DNA of 64,000 nt, taken from positions 6,908 to 70,907 of the forward strand of contig CAZFVV010000003.1 of the NCBI GenBank assembly GCA_964522165.1, in the 5' to 3' direction. This document shows, one piece after another, positions 19,675 to 29,972 of this stretch. Origin of the DNA: an uncultured Calditrichaceae bacterium. Its GTDB lineage: Bacteria > Calditrichota > Calditrichia > RBG-13-44-9 > J075. Positions within the stretch are counted from its first letter, which is position 1; each line of letters opens with the position of its first letter. A program made the translations under genes and the position numbers. A model generated the notes under the pieces. It searched no databases. It was not told the origin of the DNA and worked only from the letters and a program-made list of their open reading frames with translations.

Positions 19675-21912
19675 ATGCCTTCTAAACTCTTAGACGATCT
19701 TAATCCCGCTCAGCGCAGCGCGGTGGAACATATCAACGGTCCTCTGCTCATCCTGGCGGGGGCGGGCAGCGGCAAAACCCGGGTGCTAACCTACCGGATC
19801 GGCTACCTGTTAGAGCAGCGCATGGTGCGCCCGTACGAAATTCTGGCGGTAACTTTCACCAACAAGGCCGCCAACGAGATGAAACACCGGGTGGAGAACC
19901 TGCTCCAATTTCCCATCGACGGGATGTGGATCGGCACCTTTCATTCCGTGTGTGCGCGAATTCTGCGCATCGAGGGGATGCACTTAGGCTACGACAGTAA
20001 TTTCACGATTTATGACCAGGACGACCAGCTGCGCCAGATCCAGCAGGTAATGGAGGGGTTGAATATCAACCAGAGCATCCTCAAACCGCGCCAGGCGCAC
20101 TACGCCATCAGCGACTGCAAGAATAAAATGTTAGGGCCGGAACAGTACGAACGCCGCGCCGGCACCCTGGCAGAGCGCCAGATCGCCAAAATTTATTGGG
20201 AATACGAAACCGCCCTGCGCCGCAATAATGCCTTCGATTTCGACGATTTGCTGATCAAACCCCTGGATTTGTTCACCAAAGAACCTGCCATTCTTGAAAA
20301 ATACCAGTCCAAGTTCAAATACATCCTGGTGGATGAGTACCAGGACACCAATAAAGCGCAGTATTACCTGGTGCGGCAGCTCTCCGCGAAACACCGCAAC
20401 ATCTGCGTGGTCGGCGATGAGGACCAGAGCATCTACCGCTGGCGCGGCGCGGATATCGAAAATATTCTCAGCTTTGAAAAGGATTACCCGGATTGCGAGG
20501 TGGTGCGGTTGGAGCAAAACTACCGCTCCACCCAGGTTATTCTGAGCGCGGCCAACTCCGTGGTCAGCAATAACCAGAAGCGGCTGGGCAAAAACCTCTG
20601 GAGCCGCAAAACCGGCGGGGAAAAAATTTGCGTTATCGGCGCCTCCGACGAGGGTGGGGAAGGGTTGGAAGTGGCCAATATCATCCGCAGCGAGATGGCG
20701 AAAAACCAACTTTCTTACAACGATATCGCGCTGCTCTATCGCACCAACGCCCAGTCGCGCGCCTTAGAAGACAAGCTGCGCCGGGCCAATATTCCCTATG
20801 TTATTGTCGGCGGCACTCGCTTTTACGAGCGCAAGGAGATCAAAGACGTGCTGGCCTACCTGCGGGTGATCGTCAACCCCCGCGACGCCGTGGCATTGCG
20901 GCGGATCATCAATTACCCCGCCCGGGGCATCGGGATGACCACCCAGCAAAAGTTAGAACAGCACGCCGCGGAACGGCAAATCACGCTCTACCAGGCGCTG
21001 TTGGAGGTCCTGGAAATCAAAGATTTGTCTGCCGGAGTCAAGGATAAGATTCACTCTTTCGTGAGCACGCTGGAAACGATCCGCAAGGAGTTGAAAACTG
21101 CCAGCGCCTTCGAGGTTACCGCCTGGGTGGTCAAAACCTTCGCTTTGAAAAGCCCCTACGAGCTTAGCGGCCTGCCGGATGATGAAGCGCGGCTGGAAAA
21201 CATCAATGAATTGCTGAACAGCATCGCCAGCTTTACCGAGGCGCGGGGCGCGGCAACCGGGGAATTTCCCGGGGAGGCCACCCTGGAAAAATATTTGGAG
21301 GACGTTTCCCTGCTCACCGACGTGGACCGTTGGGACCCCGGCTTTTCCGCAGTTACCCTGATGACCCTGCACAGCGCCAAGGGGCTGGAATTTCCGGTGG
21401 TGATCATTTGCGGGCTGGAACAGGGGCTGTTTCCGCTCTCCCGCACCTTCGGCAACCCGGATGACTTAGAAGAAGAGCGCCGGCTTTTTTACGTGGGCAT
21501 GACCCGGGCCAAGGACCGCCTCTACCTGGTATGGGCGCGGCAGCGGCGGCGCTTCAGCGGGAACGATTACGGGTCGTCATTCCTCAACACTTCCTCCAAA
21601 TTTTTGGAGGAAATCCCGGATGAGTACAAAAACGAAGATAGCTATGATGATTTCGGCTCCCATCGCCGGGAATCCCGCCAGCAGCGCATCCGTTTCCAGG
21701 AATCGCCCGGGGATGTTTCTGCGTACGCCTCGGAAATGCTGGATCATCCCGATTACAAAATCGGCGACTGGGTGATTCACGAAGAATTTGGCCGCGGGCA
21801 AATCTTAGGAGTGGAGCGCGGCAGCGCCGGCACCAAGCTCTCGGTGTTCTTCAAGAGCAAAGGGTTGAAGAAATTGATCGCCGAGTATGCAAATTTGCGG
21901 GTGGTGGAGTAA
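19675..21912 (+). CDS. pcrA: ATP-dependent DNA helicase PcrA/UvrD family
   Basis: 745 aa; LNPAQRSAVEHINGPLLILAGAGSGKTRVLTYRIGYLL (motifs Q/I); DEYQDTN (motif II); full set of SF1 helicase motifs. Confidence 0.9.
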   Translation: MPSKLLDDLNPAQRSAVEHINGPLLILAGAGSGKTRVLTYRIGYLLEQRMVRPYEILAVTFTNKAANEMKHRVENLLQFPIDGMWIGTFHSVCARILRIEGMHLGYDSNFTIYDQDDQLRQIQQVMEGLNINQSILKPRQAHYAISDCKNKMLGPEQYERRAGTLAERQIAKIYWEYETALRRNNAFDFDDLLIKPLDLFTKEPAILEKYQSKFKYILVDEYQDTNKAQYYLVRQLSAKHRNICVVGDEDQSIYRWRGADIENILSFEKDYPDCEVVRLEQNYRSTQVILSAANSVVSNNQKRLGKNLWSRKTGGEKICVIGASDEGGEGLEVANIIRSEMAKNQLSYNDIALLYRTNAQSRALEDKLRRANIPYVIVGGTRFYERKEIKDVLAYLRVIVNPRDAVALRRIINYPARGIGMTTQQKLEQHAAERQITLYQALLEVLEIKDLSAGVKDKIHSFVSTLETIRKELKTASAFEVTAWVVKTFALKSPYELSGLPDDEARLENINELLNSIASFTEARGAATGEFPGEATLEKYLEDVSLLTDVDRWDPGFSAVTLMTLHSAKGLEFPVVIICGLEQGLFPLSRTFGNPDDLEEERRLFYVGMTRAKDRLYLVWARQRRRFSGNDYGSSFLNTSSKFLEEIPDEYKNEDSYDDFGSHRRESRQQRIRFQESPGDVSAYASEMLDHPDYKIGDWVIHEEFGRGQILGVERGSAGTKLSVFFKSKGLKKLIAEYANLRVVE

Positions 21913-21995
21913 GCGCCAGCCCCATTGTAACATTCGGAGAGAATAAATATCTCACCCGGAGTGATTTACAGAAATGATTTTAAAAGGACAAACCG

Positions 21996-24900
21996 ATGGA
22001 AACAATCCCTAAAAAAAGCCTGATAATTGTTGTTTTTTGCCTGCTCTTCGGCAGCGCCTTTTCCCAGCAATATAACGAAAGCAACGACTTCTCCTACGCC
22101 CTGAAACTCTACAACGAGGGCTTTTTCGACATTGCGGCGCAGCAGTTTTCGCTGTTCCTCAACCGCTATCCCGGCAGCGAGCGGTTGGCGGACGCCCGCT
22201 ACTACTACGGTGACGCGCTTTACAAGCTCAACGACGTCGAGAACGCCCGGATCGAATTCCAGGGACTGGCGGTGAGTTTCCCGGAGCACAGCCGCGCCCC
22301 CCAGGCCTGGCTGATGGTGGGGGATTGCTACCGCAAGCTCAACAAAACCGAGGAAGCCGCCAAAGCTTACGAAACCGTAAAAATTCTCTATCCCGCCAAC
22401 GCCCTGGCCCCCGGCGCGCTTCTGAAGGCGGCGGAATGCTATATGGAGGTCAACCAGCTTAGCCGCGCGGAGCAGATTACCAAAGAATTCCTGGATCGCT
22501 ACGTGGAATCCTCCGAGTATCCCCGGGGGCGGATCGTTTACGGAAAAGTGCTGCTGCAAATGCAGGAGTTGGAACGCGCCGGCCAGCAATTCCAGAAAGT
22601 GTACGAGCTGACCGATAACAAAGCCTTCCGGGCGGAGGCGAAATTAGGCGAGGCCACGGTGTATCGCCAACTGGGATTGAATACCCGCGCGGTTTCCGCT
22701 TTGCAAGAGATTATCAAGACCAACCCCGGCAGCGACCCCGCTTACCAGGCGCTGGCCATGCTCACCCAAATCTACCAGGAAGGCCGGGAGTGGGATAGCG
22801 CCATCGCTTTGCTGCGCAAGGAATCCGCCGCCTACACTGCTACGGAGCCGAAAAACCATCTGAAGCTCCTGCAAGCGCAAACCTTTTTCCTGAAAGGAGA
22901 CTACTTCAACGCCCGCAAAGCGCTTCAGGAAATACCCTCAAGCGCGCCGGGTGATCTGTCCCTTAAAGCGCAATTCTACACCGCCTGCTGCGACCTGGAA
23001 GAAAAACAACTCAACGCGGCGGAAAACGGCTTCAAAACTGTGCTGAAAACTATCGAGGAAACCGGGCGGGGGGGGGAATTCCAAAGCGCGGCGCTGTACA
23101 ACCTCGCCGATTTGCAATTCACGCTGGGCAATTTTCAGCAGGCGCGGAATTATCTCAACCAGTTTGCCGCTCTCAGCCCTAATGATCCGGGCCTGGAGCA
23201 GCTTCACAAACGCCTGGTAGAGCTGGCGCTGCGGCAAAAAACCCTGCTGGCCGCAGTGGATGAACTTCAGCGCTTCCGCGGCGCTTATCCCAACTCTGCC
23301 TATCGCGATGATTTGCTTTACCAGACCGGCAAGGCGTTTTTCCGGGAAGGCCAGTATGATCGCAGCCTGCCGTTTTTCCAGCAAGTCAGCGATGAGTATG
23401 TATGTTCCGCAGCCTGGGATTCCAGCAATGCTTTTATCGAATTTATTGCCACATATTTCCAGGCCGGGCAGCAAACCGGCGTTACCGAACTGGCCAAACT
23501 GCTGGGCAAGATGCTCACCGGGGTAGAACGCCGCTCCTTGATGTTCGAGCTGGGCAAGCTCTACCTCAGCGATTTGAAGGATTATGAAGAGGCGGCGAAA
23601 ATTTTCGAGCACTACGTCAGCGAATCCCGCGACGATTCCGCGGCGATTGGGGAAGGGCTGTACTACTTAGGCGAAAGTTATTTGAAATTGGCGGAGTACC
23701 GGCGCTTTTTGCGGCTCCCGGAGGAAAATTACACCCTCAAAGCGGAGGAAACCCTCAAGCAGGCCATGGGCGCAATTCGATATGCCCCGCGCCCCGATAC
23801 CCTCACTTACCGCTTTCTGAGCCTGACCGCTCCCGCGGAAACCACCCCGCCGGATAAGCTGTTAGCGTTCTGGCAGCGCTTCGAGGAGGCCTATCCCCGT
23901 TCCGCCCTGCTGCCACAAGTGCAGCTTCAACTGGCGGAGGTTTTGGCGTCCTCCGGCAATTCCGATCAGGCGCTCATTTACCTCGACCGGGTGATTACCG
24001 CCCGAAAAGATTATTTCGCCGCCGGAAAAGCGTTTTGGAAGAAAGCGGAGCTTCTCGCTGCCCGGGGAAATGAGAGCGAGGCGATCCAAACCCTGAAGGA
24101 TTTCCTCTTAGAATACACCCGGCATCCCTACCAGGCCCGGGCGTATCAAAAATTAGCCGACTACCAGGCCGTGGCGGGAGATTTCCCCACCGCAGCCAAA
24201 TTTTTAGAACGCCTGGTAGAATTGTTCAATTATTCCGATGAAGCGGAACCGGCGCAGGCGCAAATCACAGATTATCACATTCGCAGCGGGGAGTATGCCA
24301 AAGCGCTGGCCTACGTGGAACCGAAAATCAATGGTTACAAAGCCCCGGGAGACCCGGTAATTCGCCAGTACCTGGCAACGCCCCCGGCCCCGTTTTATTT
24401 TTACGCCGGGAAAGCCTACTATCAGAAGGAAGAGTACCGCCCCGCACGCCACCGGCTGCTGGCCTATCTCAATTCCACCCACGACGGGGCACACCAAAAC
24501 GAATCCTTGCTGCTGTTAGGCAAAATGGCCCAGGAAGACGGCGAGCCGGACGCCGCCCTGGTGCAGTACGCCCTGGTGAAACAGGACGGGGATAGTGTAT
24601 TTTTCTATCAAGCAAATCAAAATGCAGCCGATATTTTATTTAGCCAGGGGAAATTTGCCGAAGCGTACCAAAAATATGAGCTGGCCGGTTCCCTGGCGCC
24701 GGGAGCGGATCAAAAGTTGTACCTGGATACCCAGAAACTGCGCTGCCTGGTTAACCAGGGGAAAAAAAGCACCTATGAATCTCAACTTGGCGCATTCAAG
24801 AAGGCGTACGAAAAGAATCCACAGTTGAAAAATTCCCTGGCCGCGCTGGAATACGAGAACGCGAAAGCGGTATATAACGAAAAGCTCTTTGATAAAGCGA

Positions 24901-25667
24901 TCAACTACTGCAAAACGGTTTTGAGCAAGTACAAAACCAGCGAGTACGCCGATGACGCGCAGTACCTGATCGTTCGCTCTTACGCAACCCTGAACCGGGA
25001 AAAAGAGGCGCTGAAAGAATTCGAGCAATTCCTCAAAGAATTTCCCGGCAGCCCGTTGTTAGCGGAGGTCTATCTGGTGATTGCCCAGGTACACTTCCGG
25101 GCCGAGCGCAGCGACGCCGGATTGGAGGCGGTGCGCAAAGCGGTGGAGACGGCTTCTCAGCCGGAAACGAAAAAGACCGCCTTAACCATGCTTATCAGCA
25201 CCTACAAGGGCCTGGGATTGTGGGACGGGGTGCTGACCGCTTCCCGGGAGTACCTGGCCGCTTACCCCAACGCAAGCGACGTGATGGATAAGAAAATTTC
25301 CATAGGAATCGCCCTCAGCCGCCTGAACCGCTATACCGATGCAATCGATTACTTGCAGTCTCTGAAGTTTGAAGTGAGCAGCGAGCAGGAGCCGGAAATC
25401 CAGTTTTACATCGGGGAAGCGTATTTCAATTCCGGGCAGTATGAGAATGCGATCAACGAATTTGTCAAGATTCCCCTGCTCTCGCAAAAAACCAAATTGC
25501 AGTGGGAAGCCAGCGCCTTCTACTATGCCGGCCAGTGCTACGAGCGCCTGGGCCGCAAGAGCGACGCCATTCGCATGTACCAGGAAATCGTCAATCGTCC
25601 CGGCATTGAATATGACCTGAAGCGCCAGGCGCAGCAGTTGATCGATAAGTTGAACAGTCTGAATTAG
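21996..25667 (+). CDS. large secreted tetratricopeptide-repeat protein
   Basis: 1223 aa; signal peptide; TPR-like helical repeats throughout (A/Y/L-rich 34-aa periodicity). Confidence 0.65.
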   Translation: METIPKKSLIIVVFCLLFGSAFSQQYNESNDFSYALKLYNEGFFDIAAQQFSLFLNRYPGSERLADARYYYGDALYKLNDVENARIEFQGLAVSFPEHSRAPQAWLMVGDCYRKLNKTEEAAKAYETVKILYPANALAPGALLKAAECYMEVNQLSRAEQITKEFLDRYVESSEYPRGRIVYGKVLLQMQELERAGQQFQKVYELTDNKAFRAEAKLGEATVYRQLGLNTRAVSALQEIIKTNPGSDPAYQALAMLTQIYQEGREWDSAIALLRKESAAYTATEPKNHLKLLQAQTFFLKGDYFNARKALQEIPSSAPGDLSLKAQFYTACCDLEEKQLNAAENGFKTVLKTIEETGRGGEFQSAALYNLADLQFTLGNFQQARNYLNQFAALSPNDPGLEQLHKRLVELALRQKTLLAAVDELQRFRGAYPNSAYRDDLLYQTGKAFFREGQYDRSLPFFQQVSDEYVCSAAWDSSNAFIEFIATYFQAGQQTGVTELAKLLGKMLTGVERRSLMFELGKLYLSDLKDYEEAAKIFEHYVSESRDDSAAIGEGLYYLGESYLKLAEYRRFLRLPEENYTLKAEETLKQAMGAIRYAPRPDTLTYRFLSLTAPAETTPPDKLLAFWQRFEEAYPRSALLPQVQLQLAEVLASSGNSDQALIYLDRVITARKDYFAAGKAFWKKAELLAARGNESEAIQTLKDFLLEYTRHPYQARAYQKLADYQAVAGDFPTAAKFLERLVELFNYSDEAEPAQAQITDYHIRSGEYAKALAYVEPKINGYKAPGDPVIRQYLATPPAPFYFYAGKAYYQKEEYRPARHRLLAYLNSTHDGAHQNESLLLLGKMAQEDGEPDAALVQYALVKQDGDSVFFYQANQNAADILFSQGKFAEAYQKYELAGSLAPGADQKLYLDTQKLRCLVNQGKKSTYESQLGAFKKAYEKNPQLKNSLAALEYENAKAVYNEKLFDKAINYCKTVLSKYKTSEYADDAQYLIVRSYATLNREKEALKEFEQFLKEFPGSPLLAEVYLVIAQVHFRAERSDAGLEAVRKAVETASQPETKKTALTMLISTYKGLGLWDGVLTASREYLAAYPNASDVMDKKISIGIALSRLNRYTDAIDYLQSLKFEVSSEQEPEIQFYIGEAYFNSGQYENAINEFVKIPLLSQKTKLQWEASAFYYAGQCYERLGRKSDAIRMYQEIVNRPGIEYDLKRQAQQLIDKLNSLN

Positions 25668-25812
25668 TGTTTGCGTGTTTTGGTGTTCAAGTGTTTAAGT
25701 GTTATAGTGCCACGGCGGGAGAGAGAAGCTTTGCGAAGTTTCCAAAACACTAAAACACCATAATACCTGAACACTCTGAATACCTGAAGACCTTGTAAAC
25801 AGAGGATCGAAT

Positions 25813-27123
25813 ATGAGTAGCACTCTGAAAATTTGTTTCATACTCCTTTCCGCCTATGGGCTGATGAGTTGCGGAAGCTCCAAAAAGATGTCTGCGGATG
25901 ACTACAGCCAGCTTCCCGCGCAGGAACGGATTCAATACCTGAACACCCAGGCGGCAAAAAATCCCAACAACGTGGAGCTAAAAAAACAGCTCTACCGGGA
26001 GTATTTGAACGTGGAAATGCGCCCCCAGGCCGTCCGGGTAATGGAAGACATTCTCCGGTTGGATCCGAACGACGCCGACGTGCTCTTCGAATACGGGGAG
26101 TTGCAGTACGCCCAGGGAAACAGCAAGGAAGCCTACCAGGCGTTTTTATCAGTGATGCAGGGCGCCAGCGCCGCCAGCTATCAATCCCGGATTGCCGATT
26201 ACGTGGCCAGCGGTTACGGAATGCAGCAGGTTACCTTCTCTTCCGAGGACGAGGCGTTTCCGAGCTTTTCGCCGGATGGCCGGAAGCTGCTCTACCAGAA
26301 AAAAGCAGGCGGCAATTGGGATATCGTGGAATACGATCTCTCCGCCCGCAGCGAAAAAACCCTGGTCTCCACCCCCGCGGATGAAGAATCCCCGGTGTAT
26401 TCTCCCGCGGAAGCGAAAATCGTTTATACCACCGACGCCGACGACCGCCGCCCCATCGACGATGCTTACAAAGTACGGGAAATTGTTTCCCGCAGCCTGG
26501 CCGACGGTTTCGTTTCCACCCTCACCCAGACCGTGGCCGACGACTGGCTGCCGCGCTACAGCCGTGACGGCGCTTACATCGTTTTCGTCTCCGACCGCAA
26601 CGACCTGCGCAAAGTCTCCTATGACGCCAAACAGAGCGACATCTTCATCATGGAGAGCGGCGGGGCTTTCCAGCGCCAATTGACCAACTCCCCGGCCAAC
26701 GAAGGGGGAGCCTGCTTCAGCGCGGATGATAAGCGCATTCTCTTCCATTCCGACCGCAACGGGCAGTACGACATTTTTGAAATGCGCGCCGACGGCAAGC
26801 AGGTAATGACCATTATCGACAACCCCAACGGCAACGACGTCAATCCCTTTGCCTCGGCAGACGGGCAATACCTGACTTTCGTATCCGACCGCGACGGCAA
26901 TTTTGAGATCTATCTGGCTCGCAGCGACGGCTCCCAGCAGGAACGGCTGACCTTCGACCCGGGAGTGGACGCCAACCCGGTCTTCTCTCCCGATGGAAAA
27001 TCCATCGCCTTTCATTCCAACCGCAACGGGAATTACAATATCTTCCTGATTAATTTGAGCGCCTCTTCCGGCGTCTTGACCAGCAGCGACCTGATCAGCC
27101 GTTTAAGCGACCTGGCGAAATAA
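25813..27123 (+). CDS. TolB-like periplasmic beta-propeller (PD40/WD40-like) protein with N-terminal TPR segment
   Basis: 436 aa; lipoprotein-like signal (LMSCGSS); repeated SPDGxxIAF/YxSDRNGxxDIF PD40 motifs. Confidence 0.65.
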   Translation: MSSTLKICFILLSAYGLMSCGSSKKMSADDYSQLPAQERIQYLNTQAAKNPNNVELKKQLYREYLNVEMRPQAVRVMEDILRLDPNDADVLFEYGELQYAQGNSKEAYQAFLSVMQGASAASYQSRIADYVASGYGMQQVTFSSEDEAFPSFSPDGRKLLYQKKAGGNWDIVEYDLSARSEKTLVSTPADEESPVYSPAEAKIVYTTDADDRRPIDDAYKVREIVSRSLADGFVSTLTQTVADDWLPRYSRDGAYIVFVSDRNDLRKVSYDAKQSDIFIMESGGAFQRQLTNSPANEGGACFSADDKRILFHSDRNGQYDIFEMRADGKQVMTIIDNPNGNDVNPFASADGQYLTFVSDRDGNFEIYLARSDGSQQERLTFDPGVDANPVFSPDGKSIAFHSNRNGNYNIFLINLSASSGVLTSSDLISRLSDLAK

Positions 27124-27155
27124 AAATACAATTTACGCAACGCCCCCCCAAAAAA

Positions 27156-27182
27156 AGCCGCCTCATCCGGGCGGCTTTTTTA
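27156..27182 (+). terminator. rho-independent terminator after the TolB-like gene
   Basis: aaaaaagccgcc-tcatccg-ggcggctttttt: 7-bp GC stem, 7-nt loop, T6 tail. Confidence 0.7.
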
Positions 27183-27491
27183 CTGCAAAGGCGCTAAGAC
27201 GCATAGTATCTATAGGATGGAGCATTTCTTTCGGGTTTTCTCCGAAGAAGCCGCTTCGCGGGCGGCTTTGCGAGAAAATTTAAGTTTTTGACTGTTCGCA
27301 GTATAAAATCCTCAATTTATGCACGCGTGCAGTATATATTTAAGATTGCCACACTTTAGCGGCGGCGGCTAATAGTTAAGCCCCGCAAACCATTTTTTTA
27401 TTCATTTTGAAACCTCGCTCCTTTTCTGTTAATTTCCGACCCTATATCGAACCAAAACAAGGACATCAACCTTATCCCCAAGGAGAACCCC

Positions 27492-29240
27492 ATGCATCGC
27501 GTTACGGTGTTGTGCGTTGTACTGATTTTGTCAATCCTGACTATCGCAGTTGCCCAAAAAATCGAAGTCACCGGTTCCCAGCACTCGGAAATCCAGTACC
27601 GCCTGGAACAGGATATCGAACCGTTCCCGGGGCTAAAAGAATTGTATGTCAGCTTCGTGGTACCTTCCAGTTTCCAATCGCAAACCTATTCCCAGCAAAT
27701 ATCGGATCTGAATTTTGAACTGCTGCCCTCTCCCGGCGACCAGAAAAATGAAACCGACGCCCGGGGCAACCAGATCCGCACCTATACCTGGACTAATCCT
27801 TCCGGCGCCGTCAGAGCGGCGGTTACCTTCCGCGCCGCCAACCGGGTGCAATTGGGCGCTCTGCAGGACGACGGAACCCCCTTCCCGATGCGCAATCTCT
27901 CTCCAGAGGTCAATATTTTCCTTCAACCGACCGCCCAGGTGCAGTCCGACCATCCCGCCATTCAGGACAAAGCGAAGGAGTTGACCACCTCCGCCCGGAC
28001 CGCCTACCAGGCCTGCCAGAATATCCTCTACTGGGTGGTGGAGCACATGCAGTACGTGCTGATCCCGGAGCAATACGACGCCATGTATTCGTTTGCTTAC
28101 GGCAAGGGGAATTGCCAGAATTACAGCCACCTGGCCGCGGCGCTGATGCGCGCCTCCGGCATTCCCGCTCGGATTGTAAACGGCATTACCCTGGACCGCC
28201 CCTACACCTTGCAGGCGGACGACGGGCAGTATCAATTTGAAATGGCCCGCGGGCGGCACTCCTGGATCGAGGTGTATTTTCCCGGCAGCGGCTGGCTGCC
28301 CTTCGATCCCCAGCAGTCCGAATTTTTTGTCAGCAACCGCTACGTGCGTATCGAAATCGGGGTGGACAACGAGGAGAGCGTCAACGACGGGCTGGTGCGC
28401 TGGCGGCAAACCTCCGGCAGCGCGCGCCAGAATCCCAAATTAGAAGAGGTTATCGAAACCAGCTTCGTTCGCGATGACGTCAGCCTGAATGGAAAACGTA
28501 TGGCCGGGGTCGATAAAATAGTGCTGGGGCCGCCCCTGGCCTCCGTCGCCGTTCCGCCCCTGGCCGCGGCAGAGGAAGAAAAGAAGCAGGAACCTGAACC
28601 GGAACCTCGGCCGGAACCGGAACCTAAAACGACAGAACCGGCGGCAGCGGAAACCGATTACAGCAAACTAATTTATAGCGAACCTTTTGTGTACGGGAAT
28701 CTGGATTTTCCGGAGGGAGTTGATTTTGCCTTCCCGCGCCAGGCCAGCAGCGGCCAGACCCAGGATTCCTACCAGTTGCAGCGCAGCTTTTTGGTGGAGA
28801 CCGCAGAATACGTGACCAGCCAGACCCAGTTTGCCCAGTGCGTGGTGCTAAAGGAACCGATCCGCCTGGAAAAGATCGGCCTGGCGATGCACAATTTTGG
28901 CGGCAGCGGTTACTTGTGGCTGGAGCTTAGCGAAGACGAAAACGGCAAGCCCGGCCCCACCGCCGTTTCCACTCGCAAAATTCCCCTGCAATATATTCTC
29001 ACCCGGGAGGGCTACCAGTGGGTGGATTTTCCTTTCGAGGGCATTGTACTGTCCCCCGGGCGCTACTGGTTCTTCCTGAATTTCTCCGGGGGGCCGATTG
29101 TCAACTGGTTTTACAGCTACGGCAAGCCGGTCGGCCCGGCGGACGGTACCCGCGCCCGGGCGCTGGGGGCGGGCGACTGGCCGACGATTTTGTCCTTTGA
29201 GTTCAACTACCGGGTGAGCGGCAAGGCGGTGAAGAAGTGA
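27492..29240 (+). CDS. transglutaminase-like cysteine protease family protein, secreted
   Basis: 582 aa; signal peptide; core GNCQNYSHLAAALMRASGIPARIVNG ... HSWIEVYFPGSGWLPFDP (Cys-His-Asp triad arrangement); PEPEPRPEPEP linker. Confidence 0.7.
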   Translation: MHRVTVLCVVLILSILTIAVAQKIEVTGSQHSEIQYRLEQDIEPFPGLKELYVSFVVPSSFQSQTYSQQISDLNFELLPSPGDQKNETDARGNQIRTYTWTNPSGAVRAAVTFRAANRVQLGALQDDGTPFPMRNLSPEVNIFLQPTAQVQSDHPAIQDKAKELTTSARTAYQACQNILYWVVEHMQYVLIPEQYDAMYSFAYGKGNCQNYSHLAAALMRASGIPARIVNGITLDRPYTLQADDGQYQFEMARGRHSWIEVYFPGSGWLPFDPQQSEFFVSNRYVRIEIGVDNEESVNDGLVRWRQTSGSARQNPKLEEVIETSFVRDDVSLNGKRMAGVDKIVLGPPLASVAVPPLAAAEEEKKQEPEPEPRPEPEPKTTEPAAAETDYSKLIYSEPFVYGNLDFPEGVDFAFPRQASSGQTQDSYQLQRSFLVETAEYVTSQTQFAQCVVLKEPIRLEKIGLAMHNFGGSGYLWLELSEDENGKPGPTAVSTRKIPLQYILTREGYQWVDFPFEGIVLSPGRYWFFLNFSGGPIVNWFYSYGKPVGPADGTRARALGAGDWPTILSFEFNYRVSGKAVKK

Positions 29241-29290
29241 TCGATGTGTATCCGGATCATTCACAAACCGGGAACCTGGTGAAACGATAA

Positions 29291-29914
29291 ATGGGCGGCA
29301 GCGGCAATAAACCCCTGCTTATTTTTGCCCACCGCGGCGAGGCCCAGGAATTCCTGCAACGACTGCCCTTTCAAGCGGCAGATACCGAATTCAAAGGATT
29401 TTATGAAACGGAAGAGCGGTTGCTGCTCCTCTGCGGGGAAGGATTGCAGGCCGTAGAAGAGCGGCTGTCCGCGTTGCTCGGCGCGTTCGGGAAGAACATT
29501 TCCCTGGTCCTCAACCTCGGCATTGCCGGCAGTCTCTCCGATTCGCTCACCGCGGGGGAGATTTACCCCATCCGCGCGGTTTACCGCGAGCCGGAGGGGG
29601 GGCAGGCGTTCCCTGCTTTCCGCAGCGCAGACCCGAACGCCAAAATAGACTGCATTTCCGCCGTAAAGCGCGTGCTTATCCGCGATTACGTCCGACGCCT
29701 GGCGCCTTTTGCCGCCATCGTTGACCGGGAGCTTTGGGCGATTGCCTCCCTGTGCGCCCGACAGGGGATTCCCTTCCGTTCCTGCAAACTCATCAGCGAC
29801 CGCGCCGGGGTGGATACATCCACGGTAGATTACAAAGCCCGCGCCCGGCAATTCAGCGAGCAGCTTTTTGATTTTTACACCACACACCTCCGCACCATCG
29901 AACCCCAACCGTAA
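29291..29914 (+). CDS. PNP_UDP_1 (phosphorylase family 1) protein, MTA/SAH-nucleosidase- or futalosine-hydrolase-like
   Basis: 207 aa; LLIFAHRGEAQEF ... LVLNLGIAGSL resembles the MtnN/MqnB glycine-rich nucleoside-binding motif; assignment within the family is uncertain. Confidence 0.45.
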   Translation: MGGSGNKPLLIFAHRGEAQEFLQRLPFQAADTEFKGFYETEERLLLLCGEGLQAVEERLSALLGAFGKNISLVLNLGIAGSLSDSLTAGEIYPIRAVYREPEGGQAFPAFRSADPNAKIDCISAVKRVLIRDYVRRLAPFAAIVDRELWAIASLCARQGIPFRSCKLISDRAGVDTSTVDYKARARQFSEQLFDFYTTHLRTIEPQP

Positions 29915-29972
29915 GGAACTCCTTTTACTTTTCCCTTTTTCCTTTTGCCTTTTTCCTTTATGTTGTACGCCC

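Noticed and set aside
29868-29972. 5' extension of the histidine kinase ORF overlapping the upstream PNP-family gene
   Set aside because: The ATG at 29973 lies in the pyrimidine-rich gap after the upstream stop and gives a normal N-terminus. The extension would overlap the upstream gene by 47 bp.
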